The notes beneath the pieces are model-generated. The model was given only the letters and a program-made list of their open reading frames with translations, did not search any database and was not told where the DNA came from. A program made the position numbers and the translations under genes. Shown one piece after another: positions 45,786 through 55,026 of a stretch of 56,395 nucleotides of DNA (position 1 is the stretch's first letter; every line of letters starts with the position of its first letter). The stretch is from a virus. Lineage: Duplodnaviria; Caudoviricetes. The stretch covers positions 1 to 56,395 of IMG/VR virus record IMGVR_UViG_3300026037_000015. One strand, given 5' to 3'.

Positions 45786-46199
45786 ATGATCGGCACGTTC
45801 ACCAAGGCGGGGCTCCTGGAGCTGGTCGACCGGCTCCGGCGGCAGGCCGTCGACGTCGTCGGGCCCGTGCTGGCCCTCGTCGCCGCGGGGCAGGTCTCCG
45901 GGCTGGACCTCGCGGGTACCGTCGCGCTCCTGGTCGGTGGGTCCGCCGCGACGGTGGTCGGGTGGCTCATGACTGCTCAGGCCACCACGCTGTGGCAGCG
46001 GGCCCTCGTCACCCTCGCGGGCGCCTTCGTCGCGGTGGCCGGCTCCGACTGGCAGGGGTGGTTGGACCTCGATGCGAAGGCGACGGCGATCGCGGTCGCC
46101 GCGTCGGTGCTGCTGGCGCTGCTGCGGACCATGACCTCGGGCGGGCAGGTCGGCCCGGCCAGCGGCGGCCCTCGCGTGATCCGCGTCGCCAGGCCGTGA
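45786..46199 (+). CDS. holin candidate
   Basis: GGAGGAGG RBS; 4 hydrophobic segments; in the lysis cassette. Confidence 0.6.
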   Translation: MIGTFTKAGLLELVDRLRRQAVDVVGPVLALVAAGQVSGLDLAGTVALLVGGSAATVVGWLMTAQATTLWQRALVTLAGAFVAVAGSDWQGWLDLDAKATAIAVAASVLLALLRTMTSGGQVGPASGGPRVIRVARP

Positions 46200-47065
46200 G
46201 CATCCGCCGGATCAGGCTGGAGGAGTCGCCCAGCCCCGTGCCCGGCGCGGGACGGCTCGGCCGGCACATCCACCATGACTCGCGGTCGCGTCAGTACCGG
46301 GTGCCGCCCCGGGACCCTGGTACGCCGCTGGTCTCGGTCCGGCATCCGCGGTTCATCCCGGTCACGGACCAGGGCGACCTCGGATCGTGTACCGGGCACG
46401 CGATGGTCGGCGACGCTGGGACGGATCCCTGCTACCCAGCGCTGGCTGCCTACCGGCCCGGGGTGGTCCTCGACCGGGTCGCTGCTGAGCAGCTCTACTC
46501 ACGGGCCACCGTCCTGGACGACCTGGAGGGCATCGACGGCCGGTGGCCTCCGGAGGACACCGGCAGCTCGGGGCTCGCGGTCGCGAAGGCAGCCAAGGAG
46601 GCGGGGTGGATCGCGGGATACCGGTGGGCGTTCGGGCTGGCCGACGTGCTGCTGGCCCTCCAGCTCACGCCGGTCCTCCTCGGTACCACCTGGTGGTCCA
46701 GCTTCGACCGGCCCCGCTACGACGGCTTGATCGAGATCGCGGCTGGGGCTCTGGTCCGGGGAGGGCACGAGGTCGTGCTCGACGAGATCGACGTCGAGAA
46801 CGAGCTGGTCTGGTTCGCCAACTCCTGGGGCCCGGGCTGGGGCGTCGACGGCCGGGCGTGCATGTCCTGGGCGACGCTGGGGAGGCTCCTCCGGGACTAC
46901 GGTGACGTCGTCGTACCTGTCCCGCTGGATGAGCCCGCTCCGGAGCCTGGTCCTGTGCCGGAGCCCGCTCCTGTTCCGGAGCCGGCCGACGGTCTGCTCG
47001 CTGCGGTCCTCGCCGCGGTCGGGCGTCTCCTGCGTCGGGTGTGGCGGTGGTTCTCCTCCTCGTAG
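46196..47065 (+). CDS. papain-like (C1) cysteine peptidase
   Basis: DQGDLGSCTGHA, GGHEV, NSWGPGWG catalytic Q/C/H/N motifs. Confidence 0.85.
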   Translation: MSIRRIRLEESPSPVPGAGRLGRHIHHDSRSRQYRVPPRDPGTPLVSVRHPRFIPVTDQGDLGSCTGHAMVGDAGTDPCYPALAAYRPGVVLDRVAAEQLYSRATVLDDLEGIDGRWPPEDTGSSGLAVAKAAKEAGWIAGYRWAFGLADVLLALQLTPVLLGTTWWSSFDRPRYDGLIEIAAGALVRGGHEVVLDEIDVENELVWFANSWGPGWGVDGRACMSWATLGRLLRDYGDVVVPVPLDEPAPEPGPVPEPAPVPEPADGLLAAVLAAVGRLLRRVWRWFSSS

Positions 47066-47080
47066 AGGTGGCGAGGAGGA

Positions 47081-47159
47081 CGCCTGGGGGTCGAGGGCCC
47101 CCCAGGCGTAGCAGGGGCCCCGGTGGTCGCGATCCTGTCCGCGACCGGCGGGGCCCCTG
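47081..47159. terminator. two adjacent hairpins between the convergent late and immunity transcripts
   Basis: CGCCTGGGGG/CCCCCAGGCG (47081-47108) and CAGGGGCCCC/GGGGCCCCTG (47112-47159). Confidence 0.7.
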
Positions 47160-47171
47160 TGGTGTCTCGGG

Positions 47172-47312
47172 TCAGTCATCTCCGGGGGTCGTGCATCGTG
47201 GGGTGGGGAGCAGCAGCCCGATGTCGGGATGGAACGCGGCGACGATGTCGGGGCCCAGGCCGTCCTCCAGAATCACGATGCGGGGTACATCAGGGGGATC
47301 GACCTGGGGCAT
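47172..47312 (-). CDS. 46-aa protein downstream of the repressor (below ORF-track cutoff)
   Basis: GGAGG RBS then MPQVDPPDVPRIVILEDGLGPDIVAAFHPDIGLLLPTPRCTTPGDD. Confidence 0.5.
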   Translation of the reverse strand: MPQVDPPDVPRIVILEDGLGPDIVAAFHPDIGLLLPTPRCTTPGDD

Positions 47313-47400
47313 CGTGGTACCTCCGTGATCTGCGCTGCTCGCCGGGTGGGGTCAATCATGCACTCGGTGTGACCCCTGGCGGAACTGTTTGCCAGATCAC

Positions 47401-47820
47401 TCACGTACGGGGGCTGTCCCGTCTGCGGCGGATCTCGTCCACGATGCGGTAGATCTCCCTCCGACCGCCGGAGACTGCCTCGTCGAGGGCATCATGGTCG
47501 ATCTGGTCGAGGAATCCTGGCCGGAAGTACAGGTAGACGCCCGAGCCGTCGACGGCGAACGGGACGGCGCCCTCGATGCGGGGGGGCTCGGTGGGGTGGG
47601 TGGACCAGTCCCCGGTCTCCGGGTCCTGGTGGAAGGCGACTCGGAGGACTTCACCGAGGCGGGCGATGTCGCTGCTGGAGGGTTGCGTGCTGCCCCGTTC
47701 CCAGTTGCCGATCGTCTTGAGGTAGCGGCCGACTGCGCTGGCGAGGTCCTCCTGCCGGAGGCCGCGCTGCCGTCGCTGCTCGCGGATCAGTTTCCCCAGG
47801 TTGCTGGCCATGGGCGGCAT
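47401..47820 (-). CDS. XRE-family HTH immunity repressor
   Basis: LGKLIREQRRQRGLRQEDLA..VG...TIGNWERG..QP; divergent from the Cro-like gene. Confidence 0.85.
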   Translation of the reverse strand: MPPMASNLGKLIREQRRQRGLRQEDLASAVGRYLKTIGNWERGSTQPSSSDIARLGEVLRVAFHQDPETGDWSTHPTEPPRIEGAVPFAVDGSGVYLYFRPGFLDQIDHDALDEAVSGGRREIYRIVDEIRRRRDSPRT

Positions 47821-47950
47821 CCTGGCCGGTCAATCGGTGGCAACGCAAGTCGTCCCGTCACGGGGAGCGATGACAAGGGGTTGCCGACCACTTACCGTGA
47901 GGTTACCGGTTTCGCTGGTCTTTCCGCCCTTCATTGCCTAGAATTGACGC

Positions 47951-48295
47951 ATGAACAGCCCATCCCTTACCGGCGCGGCGGCAACCGCCGCGCCCGTCAC
48001 CGGGCCCAAGATCAGGGCGCTCCGCGAGGCCATCGGTATGGACCAGGCAACCCTGGCCGCCGCCGTCGGGATCGGAGCCTCCCGGATGTGCCGGATCGAA
48101 CGCGAGGAACGCCCCATCACCCCCGACCTGCGACGGAGGATCCTCACCGCGCTGGGCACCGGCCTCGCCGCCGAATCACAGCGGCTGGAGAGCATCGCCC
48201 AGGACGTCCTCGCCCTGGTCCGCGACACGCAGCAGCTCGGTGCCGCCCTCGCGCACGAGCTGGGCCTACCGGCGGCGAACGGCCGCCCCCACTGA
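47951..48295 (+). CDS. Cro-like XRE HTH regulator
   Basis: IRALREAIGMDQATLAAAVGIGASRMCRIE. Confidence 0.8.
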   Translation: MNSPSLTGAAATAAPVTGPKIRALREAIGMDQATLAAAVGIGASRMCRIEREERPITPDLRRRILTALGTGLAAESQRLESIAQDVLALVRDTQQLGAALAHELGLPAANGRPH

Positions 48296-48401
48296 TTGGG
48301 CGAGGGGGCGGCATGACCTGGACTCTGCCGCCCCCCGCCCCGCCACGTCCCCGGGACCAGCAGCCAGCAACCCCCGGGAACTCAGACAGGAAGGAACCGT
48401 A

Positions 48402-48830
48402 ATGCACCTGCTCCTCCCCTGCGAGGAACGGCCACCTCAGGCCGAACCCGTCGAGGTCCTCCTCGACACGATCGAGGACGCCGACTACCTCGCGCGGCTC
48501 CGGCTCACCGACACCACCGGGGTCATCTCCCGTCTCTTCCACGTCCTCGGGCACGACCCGCTGCTGCGCCGCGCGGCCATGGACCTGCTCACCCACCAGG
48601 CCGAGACGGCCGAGGCCCGGCTCATCCGCGGGCAGGCCCTCGCCATCCTGGCCGCCAGCACGCTGGTCGCCGAAACGTTCGCGGCCGACCTGACCCCCGA
48701 GCAGGTCACCGACCTCACCGGGGAGATGGCGATCCTCCCGCCGGAGCGCTGCGCTGCCCCCGGGTGCGGGGCCAACGCCGTTGCCGACGGCCTGTGCGCC
48801 AGCGACGCTCACGCGGCTGGTGTCCTGTGA
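48402..48830 (+). CDS. hypothetical protein with C-terminal CxxxxC...CxxD/H
   Basis: AGGAAGGA RBS. Confidence 0.65.
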   Translation: MHLLLPCEERPPQAEPVEVLLDTIEDADYLARLRLTDTTGVISRLFHVLGHDPLLRRAAMDLLTHQAETAEARLIRGQALAILAASTLVAETFAADLTPEQVTDLTGEMAILPPERCAAPGCGANAVADGLCASDAHAAGVL

Positions 48831-49915
48831 GCGCCGCGACCGTCACCCAGCTCCCGGCCGTGGCACCGGCCCCGCTGGAGCTGCCCGCGACCGAGCCCGT
48901 CCCCGCCAGCTCCCCCCTGTGGGCCTGGGCCCGGCGCCCGTTCGCCCAGGACGAGATCGAGCTACTCCCCAAGCCGCTGACCAAGGAATACAAGAACGGG
49001 GAGTGCAACCGCCCGGACCGGGACGGCATCCAGTGCGGCGGGTGGCACGCCATGCCGTGCATCCACCTGATGTACGTCGGGCACGCCGGTCTGACGATGC
49101 GGCTCTACGAGGTCGACCCGTTCTGGTCGTGGGAGCCGATGGCCTTCAACATCGACCCGGACCTCCTCAAGCTGGCCATCTCCTCCGGAAGCACGGAGAT
49201 GGTCGACCGGGTCATGCGCAACGGGACGCCCCGGATCGAGCAGGGCTCCATGTGGATCCGGATGACCCTGCTCGGGCAGATGTTCGTCGGGGTCGGTGAC
49301 GCCGGAGGCAAGTCCGGGCCCAACGCCGTCAAGGAGATCATCGGCGATGCGCTGCGCAACGCCGCGATGAGGGCAGGCATCGGCACCTACCTGTGGTCCA
49401 AGTCCGAGCGCGCGATGTCGATGAAGGACCGCGGGGAGGGACTCGACCCGGCCCAGGCCCAAGCCGAGGAAGAGGCCTCCCGCAGGCGCGGGCAGCAGGC
49501 CGAGGCCCGGCAGCAGCGTCGCCAGCAGACACGCTCCTCGGGGCAGCAGCGGCCTCCCGCGACGGCACCGGCACCGGCTCAGGCACCAGCCCCGACACCG
49601 GAGCCCGTGCGCACGGCCACCGCGATCAGCGTCCTCGCGGCGGCCGAGACCGACCCCGAGAAGATCCGCGCTACGTGGCGCGAGGCACGGGCCCGGGACC
49701 TCAACGAGATCGACGTCACCCAGGTCCTCCTCGGCCAGCACCGCGACTGGCTCGACGTCGCCGCGCTCGTCGGCCTGATCGTCCCCGGACGCCCGGTCAC
49801 CCTCGGTGGGTGGCTGGCTGCCTGCGCCAAGCACGTCGATGGCCAGGGCGGACTCACCATCTCGGCCGCGGCACGGGCGGCCGCGACCAGCACCAGACAG
49901 GAGATCCAGTCATGA
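48827..49915 (+). CDS. Rad52/Sak-like single-strand annealing protein
   Basis: YVGHA..T.RL.EVDP.WSWEP, WIRMT..G, KEIIGDALRNAAMR.GIG..LW.K. Confidence 0.75.
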   Translation: MSAATVTQLPAVAPAPLELPATEPVPASSPLWAWARRPFAQDEIELLPKPLTKEYKNGECNRPDRDGIQCGGWHAMPCIHLMYVGHAGLTMRLYEVDPFWSWEPMAFNIDPDLLKLAISSGSTEMVDRVMRNGTPRIEQGSMWIRMTLLGQMFVGVGDAGGKSGPNAVKEIIGDALRNAAMRAGIGTYLWSKSERAMSMKDRGEGLDPAQAQAEEEASRRRGQQAEARQQRRQQTRSSGQQRPPATAPAPAQAPAPTPEPVRTATAISVLAAAETDPEKIRATWREARARDLNEIDVTQVLLGQHRDWLDVAALVGLIVPGRPVTLGGWLAACAKHVDGQGGLTISAAARAAATSTRQEIQS

Positions 49916-50781
49916 CCATCAGGACCGACGAGCTGCTCCAGCGGTACCTCGATGCCGAGTCCCGCAAGAAGGCGGCCGAGACCGAGATCTCCGAGCTGCG
50001 GAAGATTCTCGACGGCCGAGGCCGCAGGTACATCGCAGAGGAGGGCGCTGCCCCGACCTGGAAGGTCCCCGGATCCGGGACGGCCCGGATCGACGGCTAC
50101 GGAGCATCCCCGCGGGTGATCGTCAGCAAGGAACGTGCCCTGGCCGAGTACCTCGCGGGTGTCTCCCCGAGCCTGGTCGAGGTCTCCATCAGGGTGCCGG
50201 CCGACCGCGCGGGTGAGGCCCTCGCCGCCGTCCGGGACTGGGCTGACGTCCAGGAGGCCGAGGTCGTGACCGGACTCTGCGAGGCAGCCTGGAACCGATG
50301 GTCAGTCGACCACGTCAGGGTCACCACGGACGAGACCGGGGAGCTGGTCCCCCAGCACGTCGACGTCCTCGTCGACCAGGAGACCGGGGAGGACATCGGG
50401 TACACCGTGGTCGCTCCGGAGCTGCCCGGTACCCAGGCCGTGCGGCCCGCGATGCGGCTCGTCGTTGCCCTCGACACCAAGGTCAAAGCGGCGACGGTCG
50501 CTGCCGCGAAGCTGCGGATCCTCCAGGTGATCGCTGACGCCGACGACCCTCAGACCGACGACGCCCCGCAGACCGGGGACCCGCAGCAGCCCGAGCCCTC
50601 GGTCAGCCCTCCCGCCACCGAGTCGGCCGGCCAGACCGAGGAGGAGACGCCCGAGCCCGCAGACGGGCTGGGGGTCCTCCCCCTGGTCAGCCTCCGGGCT
50701 GCGTGCAGGGACGCAGGGCTCCCGGTCTCCGGGACCAAGCAGGCGCTCATCCAGCGGCTCCGTGCCCGCACCGGTGCGTGA
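49912..50781 (+). CDS. hypothetical protein with C-terminal SAP DNA-binding motif
   Basis: LVSLRAACRDAGLPVSGTKQALIQRL matches the SAP consensus. Confidence 0.7.
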   Translation: MTIRTDELLQRYLDAESRKKAAETEISELRKILDGRGRRYIAEEGAAPTWKVPGSGTARIDGYGASPRVIVSKERALAEYLAGVSPSLVEVSIRVPADRAGEALAAVRDWADVQEAEVVTGLCEAAWNRWSVDHVRVTTDETGELVPQHVDVLVDQETGEDIGYTVVAPELPGTQAVRPAMRLVVALDTKVKAATVAAAKLRILQVIADADDPQTDDAPQTGDPQQPEPSVSPPATESAGQTEEETPEPADGLGVLPLVSLRAACRDAGLPVSGTKQALIQRLRARTGA

Positions 50782-51431
50782 TGACCCTCGCCACTCTGGC
50801 CCCCAGGGCGGGCTCGCCCGCGATTACCCGCCCTGGGGGCTGGCAGGTCAGAGGAGCCTGCCTCACGTCGAGCCTCGACCTCGCGGAACTGACCCCCGAG
50901 GCCGCCGCCTACGCGGGTGCCGGAGACGGCACCTATCCCGTCGAGACACGCCGCGGGACCACCCTGCGGCGCTGGTCTGAGGACCTGGAGACGGCCCGGG
51001 CGCTGTGCTCGGTCTGTCCGGTCCTGGCCCAGTGCCGCGCTGACGTCCTGACCAGCAGGGAGGCCGCAGGAGCGTCGTCTGGTGTCGTCGCCGGTCTGAC
51101 CGAGCCCGAGCGCGCTGCCTGGCGTCGAGAGCACGGCATCCCGCCCGTCAACGGGTGGGTCCTCCACCTCATCGAGCGCGACGGCCGTCTCCTGGTCGAC
51201 CTGACCACGGTCACCCGGAACACACCCCGGTCCATAGCGGCCGAGGAGCTGGTCGCCGTCGCCCGGCTCGTAGCCGAGGACTGGACCAGCGAGGAGATCG
51301 CCGCCCGGCTCGTCACGGTCTACCCGAGCGCCTCCGGCCCGGTCGAGGTGCCCTGGACCTCCTACCGGGTCAAGCACGCCCGCCGGATCCTCGCCGGGTC
51401 ACGGGGAGCACGAGACCGGGTCCCGGCATGA
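50781..51431 (+). CDS. WhiB-like Fe-S transcription factor with C-terminal extension
   Basis: WQVRGAC...ARALCSVCPVLAQC...GVVAGLTEPER. Confidence 0.8.
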   Translation: MTLATLAPRAGSPAITRPGGWQVRGACLTSSLDLAELTPEAAAYAGAGDGTYPVETRRGTTLRRWSEDLETARALCSVCPVLAQCRADVLTSREAAGASSGVVAGLTEPERAAWRREHGIPPVNGWVLHLIERDGRLLVDLTTVTRNTPRSIAAEELVAVARLVAEDWTSEEIAARLVTVYPSASGPVEVPWTSYRVKHARRILAGSRGARDRVPA

Positions 51432-51781
51432 ACGCCGACCTCGAGGTGCCTGCCCCCGTGCGTCGTAGCCGGCCACGACGCCGGTACGACCCGGATCGGC
51501 CGGCTGCCTACCGGGAGTGGAGGCGCATCCGCCGCCAGCGCCAGGTCCCCCTGCCACCGGTCGCGCTGCCCGAGGGCCCTCGGCTCTGTCGGGACCCGGT
51601 GTCCGGGCGGGTCAAGCGCCGGTACCCGGACGCCTGGACAGCCCTCGTCCAGCTCACCCTCATCCAGTGCAGGAGAGCCCGGGCTGGGCAGCCGCACCAG
51701 GAGCAGCGCTCGTACTACCACACCGTCTGCGACGGCTGGCACCTCACCAGCAGCCGACACCCGCGCAGCCGGACACAATGA
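51428..51781 (+). CDS. basic hypothetical protein (C...KRRY...RSY...C.GWHLTS)
   Basis: ATGA coupling; motif seen in small phage proteins. Confidence 0.6.
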   Translation: MNADLEVPAPVRRSRPRRRYDPDRPAAYREWRRIRRQRQVPLPPVALPEGPRLCRDPVSGRVKRRYPDAWTALVQLTLIQCRRARAGQPHQEQRSYYHTVCDGWHLTSSRHPRSRTQ

Positions 51782-51835
51782 CCGACCCCGGCGTCCCCCC
51801 TCACGCCGGACCAAGAGCAGACAGGAGATCAAGAC

Positions 51836-52279
51836 ATGGCCGAGATCACCGGGGCTCTGACGCCCCCTCCGTGGACTGAGGACGCACGTTGCGCACGATC
51901 CGACCCCGACGCCTGGCACGCCGACATCGGGACAGCAGAGGAGGCCTTCGCCAAGGCCGTCTGCCGGAACTGCCCCGTCCTGGACGAGTGCGCGAGGTGG
52001 GTGATGGCTACGGAGAAGCCGAGGGACCGCTGGGGCATTTTCGGCGGGATGTCGGCTCCCGAGAGGTCCTACCTCGACCGGCACCCCGAGCTGGACTACC
52101 GGGAGGTCTGGGGACGGCCCCAGCTCCCGGCGACGGTAGAGACCGTCGCGGACCTGATCGAGCGGGGCATGGGGTTCGCGGATGTCGTGGCCGAGACGAT
52201 GCTCTGTCGGGCCACGGTCAGCAAGCTGATGGTGCCCGCGCGCTCGCTGCTGGACCGGCGGGCCCGGGCCGCGGCCTGA
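51836..52279 (+). CDS. whiB: WhiB-family transcription factor
   Basis: W...ARCA..DPD.W, AKAVCRNCPVLDEC, WGIFGGMS..ER. Confidence 0.9.
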   Translation: MAEITGALTPPPWTEDARCARSDPDAWHADIGTAEEAFAKAVCRNCPVLDECARWVMATEKPRDRWGIFGGMSAPERSYLDRHPELDYREVWGRPQLPATVETVADLIERGMGFADVVAETMLCRATVSKLMVPARSLLDRRARAAA

Positions 52280-52493
52280 GCCTGGGGCAACTTAGCGCCA
52301 TCGGACAGACACGATCCGCTGGTATTGCTCCTGGGTTGCTGGCACGATGTGCAACCAACGGGAAGGCCCGGGGAGGTAGCACTCCCCGGGCCTGTGGTCC
52401 CGCCCTCCATCCCTGCACAACCAGAGAGGAGGGGCTAAGGCCAATGATGCCTCAGACCCCCGACAGTCGCGACGCCACCCGCCTGGTGACGCC

Positions 52494-53330
52494 GTGAGCA
52501 TCCGTCGATCCGCGATCGCCGGAGACGCGATCACACCGCTCCAGCGCCGGGCCCTCCAGGACCCCCGGCTCTCGTTCCGCGCGCTGGGTGTTCTCTGCGC
52601 CGTCCTGTCCCGGCCCGCCGACTGGCGGACCTCAGCCGAGCAGCTCGCGACAGAGCGCAAGGAAGGACGCGAGGCAATCGCTGCCGCCCTGCGGGAGCTG
52701 GAGGCCGCGGGCTACCTCGCGCGTCACCGGGTCCAGGGCGAGCGTGGGCACTGGGCCTGGGTGTGGGACCTCACCGATGACCCGGCCGCGATGCCGGTCC
52801 TGCCCCAGGTCGCAGCCGCGAACGGTAAAGCCGCAGGTCAGACCGAAGACGGGTTTCCGGGGGTCGGTTCGCCGACGGTCGGTGGACCGACGGTCGGTCA
52901 GCCGACGGTCGGTAAACTGGGGGTCAAACAAGAAGTACAAGAGACAGGTTCTAGAGACATATATGCGGGGCAGCCTCCGGCCGCACCCGCGCTCATCGAT
53001 CCCCCTGTCTCCGAGGCAGGCCCGACCTTCGCCGAGTTCTACGCGGCGTACCCCCGGCACGCCGACCGCAAGCGGGCCGAGACGAAGTGGCGCCAGGTGA
53101 CCCGGGGGCGCCCGGGCCTCGCTCGCCAGATCATCGCTGCGGCAGCCCGGTACGCGGCCGACCCGAACCTGCCCGAGGAGAGCTTGCGTCCCTACGCGGC
53201 GTCCTGGCTGTCCCGGGAGCTGTGGAACGACGGCCCGTGCCCGGGGCCGGCCAAGCCGACCCGGGCCGTCGACCCGACCGACAGCCTGGTCGCCCAGGCC
53301 CGGACCTCCGGGGTGGTGTTCCGCCGGTGA
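52494..53330 (+). CDS. HTH replication initiator
   Basis: LQDPRLSFRALGVL..LS.P.DW, AALRELEAAGYL; C-terminal FAEFYAAYPR...A.SWL; directly upstream of DnaB. Confidence 0.8.
   Translation: MSIRRSAIAGDAITPLQRRALQDPRLSFRALGVLCAVLSRPADWRTSAEQLATERKEGREAIAAALRELEAAGYLARHRVQGERGHWAWVWDLTDDPAAMPVLPQVAAANGKAAGQTEDGFPGVGSPTVGGPTVGQPTVGKLGVKQEVQETGSRDIYAGQPPAAPALIDPPVSEAGPTFAEFYAAYPRHADRKRAETKWRQVTRGRPGLARQIIAAAARYAADPNLPEESLRPYAASWLSRELWNDGPCPGPAKPTRAVDPTDSLVAQARTSGVVFRR
52857..52965. other. putative replication origin (iterons plus A-rich tract) inside the initiator gene
   Basis: CCGACGGTCGGT at 52872, 52887 and 52902 (15-bp period), degenerate copy at 52857, then an A-rich tract. Confidence 0.65.
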
Positions 53331-54685
53331 GCGACCTGACCCCCGTACATGACCTCTCGGCTGAGGCCTCCGTCCTCGGGGCCTGCCTGCTCTCCCCCCG
53401 CGCGCTGGAGGACTGCGTCGACCTCGGCCTCCAGGCCGCCGACTTCTACCGGCCAGCGCACGAGCTGATCTGGCACGCCGTCGCCACGCTGCTCGACCGG
53501 AGGCAGGCAGTCGACGTGATCACCGTGGCCGATCACCTGCGGCAGACCGGTGACCTCGACCGGGCCGGAGGACCTACGGCACTCCACGACCTGGTCGCAG
53601 GCGTGCCGTCCGCGGCCAGTGCGACCCACTACGCGGCGATCCTGCGTCGCCTGGCCAGCCTCCGGCAGCTCGCCGAGGTCGGCACCCGTATCGCCCAGGC
53701 CGGGTATGACCCGGCCACCGACCCGGCCGACCTCTACGCCGTCGCGACCGGGGAGCTGGGCTGGGCCGGTGACCGGCTCCACGGCCCGGACTCCTCCCAC
53801 GACCTGGCACAGGCAGTCGAGGAAGCGATCGACCAGATCGAGGCGGGCATCCCCGCGCACTCGACGGGAATCCCCTACCTCGACGAGATCATCACCGGGT
53901 GGGTCCCCGGGACCCTCACCGCGATGGCCGCCCGCCCATCCGTCGGCAAGTCTGCCGTCGCGCTCCAGTCAGCGATGCACCTCGCTACGCACCTCCGGGA
54001 GCCGGTGGGCTTCACCTCCCTGGAGATGCCCCGACCTGAGCTGCTCCAGCGAGCGTTCGCCCAGCTCGCCCAGGTCGACTACGGGCGCATCCGTAACCAC
54101 CGCAAGGTGGCGCTGACCGAGGCCGAGTGGAGGGCGATCGCCCGGGTGTCCGGGGAGATCACCGAGTCCCCGCTGCACCTGACCGACCGCCCGTATGCAT
54201 CCGTCCAGACGATCCGGCACGACATCCGGACGTTCGGCCGGGAAATCGGATCACCACCGTCGGTCTGGATCATCGACTACCTCCAGCTCATCCAGCCGGC
54301 CGACCGGCGGCTGCCCCGGGAGCAGCAGATCGCGCAGATCACCCGCGACCTCAAGCTCCTGGCCAAGGAGACCGGGGTCGCAGTCATCGTCCTCGCCCAG
54401 CTCAACCGGGAGGGTGCCAAGGAAGGGCGCCGTCCGCGGATCACCGACCTGCGGGAGTCCGGGGCCATCGAGCAGGACTCAGACCGCGTGATCCTGCTGC
54501 ATCGGGACCTCACGGAGGCAGATGACGCCGACCCCGACGAGATGATCATCGACGTCGCCAAGAACAGGCAGGGCCCCAAGGGCCTGGCGACCGTCCGCTG
54601 GGACGGCACCAAGCAGCACGTCCACGCCCCGTGGAGCCCGACGATGTCCCTGGCCTCAGTGAAGAACCGGAAGCAAGGCTCATGA
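53327..54685 (+). CDS. dnaB: replicative DNA helicase DnaB
   Basis: AEASVLG, DFYRPAH, AARPSVGKS, SLEM, IIDYLQL, LAQLNR, DLRESGAIEQDSD, AKNRQGP. Confidence 0.95.
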   Translation: MSDLTPVHDLSAEASVLGACLLSPRALEDCVDLGLQAADFYRPAHELIWHAVATLLDRRQAVDVITVADHLRQTGDLDRAGGPTALHDLVAGVPSAASATHYAAILRRLASLRQLAEVGTRIAQAGYDPATDPADLYAVATGELGWAGDRLHGPDSSHDLAQAVEEAIDQIEAGIPAHSTGIPYLDEIITGWVPGTLTAMAARPSVGKSAVALQSAMHLATHLREPVGFTSLEMPRPELLQRAFAQLAQVDYGRIRNHRKVALTEAEWRAIARVSGEITESPLHLTDRPYASVQTIRHDIRTFGREIGSPPSVWIIDYLQLIQPADRRLPREQQIAQITRDLKLLAKETGVAVIVLAQLNREGAKEGRRPRITDLRESGAIEQDSDRVILLHRDLTEADDADPDEMIIDVAKNRQGPKGLATVRWDGTKQHVHAPWSPTMSLASVKNRKQGS

Positions 54686-55026
54686 CGACGACACCCCCAG
54701 CCCCCGCCCCTGCCCTCGTGCTCCTCTCCGACGACGACCGCACCCTCACCGTGATCTACGCGGGTGGATACTGGCGCTCCTCCAGGCCCCTGACCGGGTG
54801 GACGCGCCAGGCTATCGAACAGGCCGTCTACGACGTCTCCCGGCGGCTGGCCCCGCCGGTCCCCGGGCGCACGTGGTCGATGTCCTGCCCGATGCCCCGC
54901 GGGCGGCTGATCCTGGCCGTCCTCGCCTGTAGCGCCATCCCGATGGCACGTCCGGGCCTCAAGGTCAGCTCACACCGGCTACGGGCCTCCTACGGCCGCT
55001 GGTCGGTAAGGGTCGATCTCCGGTGA
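54682..55026 (+). CDS. hypothetical protein
   Basis: ATGA/GTGA coupling. Confidence 0.55.
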   Translation: MTTTPPAPAPALVLLSDDDRTLTVIYAGGYWRSSRPLTGWTRQAIEQAVYDVSRRLAPPVPGRTWSMSCPMPRGRLILAVLACSAIPMARPGLKVSSHRLRASYGRWSVRVDLR

